Of a DNA stretch of 64,000 bases, positions 61,602 to 64,000 are shown piece after piece. The DNA is from an uncultured Acidobacteriaceae bacterium (GTDB lineage: Bacteria > Acidobacteriota > Terriglobia > Terriglobales > Acidobacteriaceae). The DNA lies in contig CAXTVC010000001.1 in the NCBI GenBank assembly GCA_964247615.1, positions 21,827 to 85,826 on the forward strand. The letters are read 5' to 3'. Position 1 is the stretch's first letter, and every line of letters begins with the position of its first letter. A program made the position numbers and the translations under genes. Under the pieces are notes generated by a model, which was not told the DNA's origin, made no database searches, and saw only the letters and a program-made list of their open reading frames with translations.

Positions 61602-62258
61602 ATGGCGGCGCACACTACACCAATTATCAATCCCGAGGAGCAGGTACACCCAACCGCCCCCGTCCCGTTCGATCAGCATCCGGACATTGCCTTGGTCGAG
61701 CGGACCAAGGCCGGTGATACGGCTGCGTTTGAGCAGCTGGTTCGCCAATACGACCGGCAAATTTACCGTACCGCGTTGCATATCACGCAAAATCGCGAAG
61801 ATGCTGAAGATATAACCCAGGATGTCTTCTTCAAAGCGTTCCAGAAGCTTGAACAGTTTCAAGGTAACTCAAAGTTTTCTACCTGGCTGGTACGCATCGC
61901 GGTCAATGAGAGCCTGATGCGCCTGCGCCGCCGGAAGACCTCCAAGACAGTCTCCATGGATCAGGATGTCGAGACCGAAGAGGGGGCCATCCCTCGCGAC
62001 TTCGCCGAATGGCGGCCAAATCCAGAACAGATCTTCTCCCAATCCGAACTGGGCGACATTCTGCGCAAGACGATCGCCGGTCTGCCTCCAGGTTTCCGCA
62101 CCGTTTTCACCCTACGTGACATCGAAAACCTGTCAACCGAGGAGACGGCTGAGGCGCTTGGATTGAGCGTTCCCGCTGTCAAGTCGCGGCTGCTCCGTGC
62201 CCGCCTGCAACTGCGCGAACGCCTTAGCCGCTACTTCCGGAAGAAGAAAGAGGCCTAG
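61602..62258 (+). CDS. ECF sigma-70 factor
   Basis: DAEDITQDVF, FSTWLVRIAVN, VKSRLLRAR; GGAGAGG RBS. Confidence 0.95.
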   Translation: MAAHTTPIINPEEQVHPTAPVPFDQHPDIALVERTKAGDTAAFEQLVRQYDRQIYRTALHITQNREDAEDITQDVFFKAFQKLEQFQGNSKFSTWLVRIAVNESLMRLRRRKTSKTVSMDQDVETEEGAIPRDFAEWRPNPEQIFSQSELGDILRKTIAGLPPGFRTVFTLRDIENLSTEETAEALGLSVPAVKSRLLRARLQLRERLSRYFRKKKEA

Positions 62259-62260
62259 CG

Positions 62261-62560
62261 GTGAACTGCACGGAGTTTTTAGCTAAGCTGACCGACTACT
62301 TTGACGGTCAGATCGATCCCGAACTCCTCCTGGAAGTGAAGGAGCACCTTGGTGCATGTCATCACTGTGAGGTTGTTGTCAGTACGACACAGCAAACGAT
62401 TTCTATCTACCGGCACCAGCAGCCTTATGATTTCCCGGATGAACTCGCTACGCGCCTACGTGCCGCGGTAATGAAGCGCTGTGGTGATGCGTGCGCGCCA
62501 GACCCTTCAAAAAAGGGACGGGCCGTGGAGATGACGCAGCACTTACCCAACCAACGTTAA
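62261..62560 (+). CDS. Zinc-binding (ZAS, zf-HC2) soluble anti-sigma factor
   Basis: C near N-terminus plus HLGACHHC (HxxxCxxC); adjacent to ECF gene. Confidence 0.9.
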   Translation: MNCTEFLAKLTDYFDGQIDPELLLEVKEHLGACHHCEVVVSTTQQTISIYRHQQPYDFPDELATRLRAAVMKRCGDACAPDPSKKGRAVEMTQHLPNQR

Positions 62561-62570
62561 GTCAGAAAGC

Positions 62571-62604
62571 GAAGAGGGGCGGCCCATAGAGGCCGCCCCT
62601 CTTC
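62571..62604. terminator. Intrinsic terminator between convergent genes
   Basis: Perfect 14-bp stem GAAGAGGGGCGGCC-6nt-GGCCGCCCCTCTTC. Confidence 0.85.
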
Positions 62605-62622
62605 CTGTATGCCGTGTCAGAA

Positions 62623-63597
62623 CTATTTCACGACCTGCTGAAAGAGCGGCGAACTGAGTAGCGTTGCGAATTGGCCATCGGAAGAGGCATATTCCACGGT
62701 GAGGGTGCCCGAGTTCGAGTCAATCGTTGTCCCATCCAGGGCTGACTTTTCGATGGGCGACCCACCCGTCTTCTTGAGGATCATCACACCCTTCATGATC
62801 GTCGCGGCGGTCGCCGCGGTTACGGAATCAGACATCACCACAGCCATATCGAACTTCACGCCGTTGCCGAAGTCCATCGTGTACCGTGCCGACTTCATCC
62901 GGTTCTTGACCGTGTCGTAATCGGCCAGCTGGGACGCTTCGCCAAGCACGCCGCGCATCATGGTCTGCGTGCCCTTCTGGTCCAGCAGGCTCCAGACGGG
63001 CCGCGTGTCCACCGTGGTCATCTCGTTCATCATTTCGCCATTTTGCAGGAAGTTCGGCGTCAGTCCATCGCGCGCATCGAGCGCCGCCCGCACGGCATCG
63101 CGATCTCCAAAGGCCATGGTGGTCTGGTTCAGGAATACCACGCTCATGCCTGCCGTACCCATCGGATAGATGGTGTTATTCCGCAGGGACGTCGTCTTGA
63201 TCTTGTTCTTTGTGAAGTAGTTCAGGATGGACTGGGTTTGAAACTGTCCCTGTGCCACCCCCATGATGCGGGTTCCCTTTTCGCTGCGAAAAGCGACAAA
63301 GGCGAGGGTGTCGGCATCCTGATCCACCTTCAGACCGGAAGTTTTCAGGGCTGTCTCCAGCCGCTTCAGCTCAGGTGGCAGTACACGGTCCTTGAGCTGC
63401 ATCGCGGCGGGCGAGTTCTGCATGGACCGGTAGTCCACCACAATGATCTGCTGTACATCCTTGGGTATGGAGGCGCGGGCATCACCGCTCAACTGCGCTG
63501 CATGTGCCCCTGTGCTCACCATGGCAGCGGCCAACAGCGATCTTCCTATACGTCCCGCGATTCGTTCGGTTCCAATCGTCACTCTTTTTGCTCCCAA
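62623..63597 (-). CDS. Exported hypothetical protein
   Basis: Signal peptide ending AHA; strong codon bias; no recognised motif. Confidence 0.8.
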   Translation of the reverse strand: MGAKRVTIGTERIAGRIGRSLLAAAMVSTGAHAAQLSGDARASIPKDVQQIIVVDYRSMQNSPAAMQLKDRVLPPELKRLETALKTSGLKVDQDADTLAFVAFRSEKGTRIMGVAQGQFQTQSILNYFTKNKIKTTSLRNNTIYPMGTAGMSVVFLNQTTMAFGDRDAVRAALDARDGLTPNFLQNGEMMNEMTTVDTRPVWSLLDQKGTQTMMRGVLGEASQLADYDTVKNRMKSARYTMDFGNGVKFDMAVVMSDSVTAATAATIMKGVMILKKTGGSPIEKSALDGTTIDSNSGTLTVEYASSDGQFATLLSSPLFQQVVK

Positions 63598-63677
63598 GTA
63601 CCGCGTCCTGCGGTCTCCCGTGCCCCTGCTGCTCTATTCTTGCCTGCAATGCCCCATGACGCAATTCATCGAAAGCG

Positions 63678-64000
63678 TTATGGCCATGCCAGTGGATGCC
63701 GGAGCCGGCGCTCCAGAACCTTTTCCTCCGGCTCAAATCCAACGATTTGACGAACCCAGTCTGCGTTTGGCTCATAGGCTTCTTCGGGGATGAGGCCAAT
63801 CAGCTCCCCTTCCGCAATCGCGCCCCCATGCCGCCGCGCCAGCTCCTGCACCGTCGCATGTACGCGGGACACCGGCGTCTTTGCGAAATCTGTGATGTTC
63901 ATACTTACCTGGGCACGGCCGTTGGCAACGACGCCCATGGCCTTTAACCCGAACAGTCCGCCGTTGACCGCGCGAATCTCTTTCGCAATCGCGCGAGCCA
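63678..64000 (-). CDS. ftcD: Glutamate formiminotransferase, C-terminal part (5' end off window)
   Basis: IAKEIR..NGG..GLKAMG, QVSMNITDF..TP, ELIGLIP. Confidence 0.88.
   Translation of the reverse strand, partial: ARAIAKEIRAVNGGLFGLKAMGVVANGRAQVSMNITDFAKTPVSRVHATVQELARRHGGAIAEGELIGLIPEEAYEPNADWVRQIVGFEPEEKVLERRLRHPLAWP

Overview
GC-rich bacterial chromosomal segment with no CRISPR array, prophage, integrase or transposase that I can recognise. Gene content (Oar-like carboxypeptidase-regulatory-domain TonB receptors, secretin-cohesin fusion, TPR-Ser/Thr kinase, bshA) suggests Acidobacteriota; this is inference. In order: arginine operon argR-C-B-D-F-G-H plus a short GNAT-type argA; a minus-strand block (secretin, two pseudopilins, M48 protease, queF, GT2, ABC ATPase); smpB, pepA, argS; a BcsC-like TPR protein lacking its barrel; a GH3/GH31/TBDR/GH42 sugar locus; ChbG/HpnK deacetylase plus bshA; kinase and response regulator; ccmFH; a SET protein; a second sugar locus (LacI, MFS, tRNA-Leu(UAA), unusual clan GH-A hydrolase, TBDR); hrpB; slt; ECF sigma/anti-sigma; and a partial glutamate formiminotransferase. 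I cannot demonstrate a new system. The best leads, none in the ORF track, are two micro-ORFs that exactly bridge argC-argB and argB-argD, a probable CTG start restoring the GH3 signal peptide, and a shared ECF-type promoter before the secretin and M48 genes. Also notable are the barrel-less orphan BcsC-like protein and a SusD-free xyloglucan-type locus.
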